In this document: piece by piece, positions 62,847 to 64,000 of the stretch
Numbering within the stretch: the first letter of the stretch is position 1
Layout of the letters: every line of letters begins with the position of its first letter
Source of the DNA: Podarcis filfolensis
Taxonomy: Eukaryota
DNA: 64,000 nucleotides
NCBI GenBank assembly: GCA_964270895.1
Contig: OZ185435.1
Strand: one strand, 5' to 3'
Made by a program: the position numbers and the translations under genes
Notes under the pieces: generated by a model
Database searches by the model: none
The model's input: only the letters and a program-made list of their open reading frames with translations
What the model was told of the DNA's origin: nothing

Positions 62847-64000
62847 AGTCTATATATGCACATATTCATCTGTACATGCACATGCACAGACATACTCCAT
62901 GGCCCATATTCCAGGGATTGGGGACATATGGCTCTCAACATCTCTGTGCTGGCTGGGACATTGGAGCTCAACAACAGCTTGAAGGCAATAGGTTCCTCAC
63001 CCCTGACACACACACTTAGGTTGAAATCGCACTGGCATAATCTAGCACAGGCATATCACAGTGCACTTGGGAATCTTCCTTTGTTTCAGTGAATGTGCAT
63101 TATCACCACTTAGAAATCATGGGTCTCCTACTTTAAATGTCTAGCTGCTCAAGCAAAAGATGTTCACCTTACTTGCCTCTCTCAGATGCTGGTCCATACT
63201 TCCCTATGACCAGACTTCAATATAATCCTATCGCTTATTGTAGTTGCCAGAGCCGAACACTGTGTACTGCCCTTTCTTCATTGCCTGCCCCGTTCTCCTC
63301 CCCGTCTTGCCACCATTTCTTTCACTATTACCTGTTCCACAATGCAGTTTCCTTCACCTTTTCTCTGCCCCTCCAGTGTAATTAACAAGACTGAGAAGAA
63401 AACAACCGATTTCACCCATGAGAATTCCTACAACTCTCACCACTCTCTGGTCATCCCTGAGATGAACACAGTCTGAAAAAGCCTTCTGGGCATTTGCAAA
63501 TCATCTTGGAGGAAACAAATGCTAGCACAACTGGCAGAGCTTGACCCCAGATTGTCAAGTTTCACCCAGACCAGGCAGAGGGGAGAAATACCAAAGGGGA
63601 TGGTATGAAGCAGGCAACCCTGGGGAAAGAGAGGGAACTGGGCAAGAGAGCTATGCCTGTTAACTATGACATAAGGAGGCCTTCCCCAAGGTTAAAATGT
63701 TGGGGGGCGGGAATCCCAAATACATATAGTGAGATGAGGAAAATGATGGGTGGGGTACTAAAAAGCAGAAAGAATGTGTCTTTTCACAGGTGACATAAAA
63801 GCACACAGAAGTTGAAATAAGATTATAAATCCACCTTCCTTCATTAGTCATCAATCAATTTAAAAACCCCAATACAATCAATTTAAAACAGCATTTTTGT
63901 ATTTCACACATTCACACCAACAGATGGAAAGAAGCTCAAAAGCACTTTAAGGGGCAGGTATAAAATTTGTCTGACAGTCACTCTGTGTATTTCCCTCAGC

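Noticed and set aside
62589-63092. 167-aa plus-strand ORF
   Set aside because: No recognisable homology, composition typical of non-coding DNA, and no convincing gene structure.

Overview
Eukaryotic genomic DNA, most likely a squamate reptile (a lacertid-like lizard, inferred from the tRNA-Lys/CR1-tail SINEs, a Squam3-like SINE and the CR1/L2/L1/Penelope/hAT content). The minus strand carries a complete erythrocytic beta-spectrin gene, SPTB. I traced 36 coding exons by hand from ATG 59223 to TAG 8009; all introns are GT-AG and phase-compatible, giving 7146 nt / 2381 aa for the long PH-domain isoform, or 2356 aa if the 75-nt exon 31a is skipped. The plus strand carries the terminal coding exon of PLEKHG3 (687-1495), tail-to-tail with SPTB as in mammals. 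Exon numbers follow human SPTB (first coding exon = 2), and human comparisons are from memory. The most notable observations: (1) a short erythroid-type isoform made by read-through of the exon-32 donor would end in only VSYQF*, with its own AATAAA; (2) an expanded exon 31 plus an extra 75-nt cassette exon with a triple tandem acceptor; (3) a Penelope-like insertion with 87-bp inverted termini, each a degenerate minimal hammerhead ribozyme; (4) a young Tc2-type MITE filled with a higher-order hairpin minisatellite; (5) a 3'-truncated RPS24 retrocopy; (6) a uORF whose stop overlaps the SPTB start codon; (7) two GATA-rich candidate erythroid elements. I found no evidence for a wholly new gene system, and most long ORFs in the track are antisense shadows or repeats.
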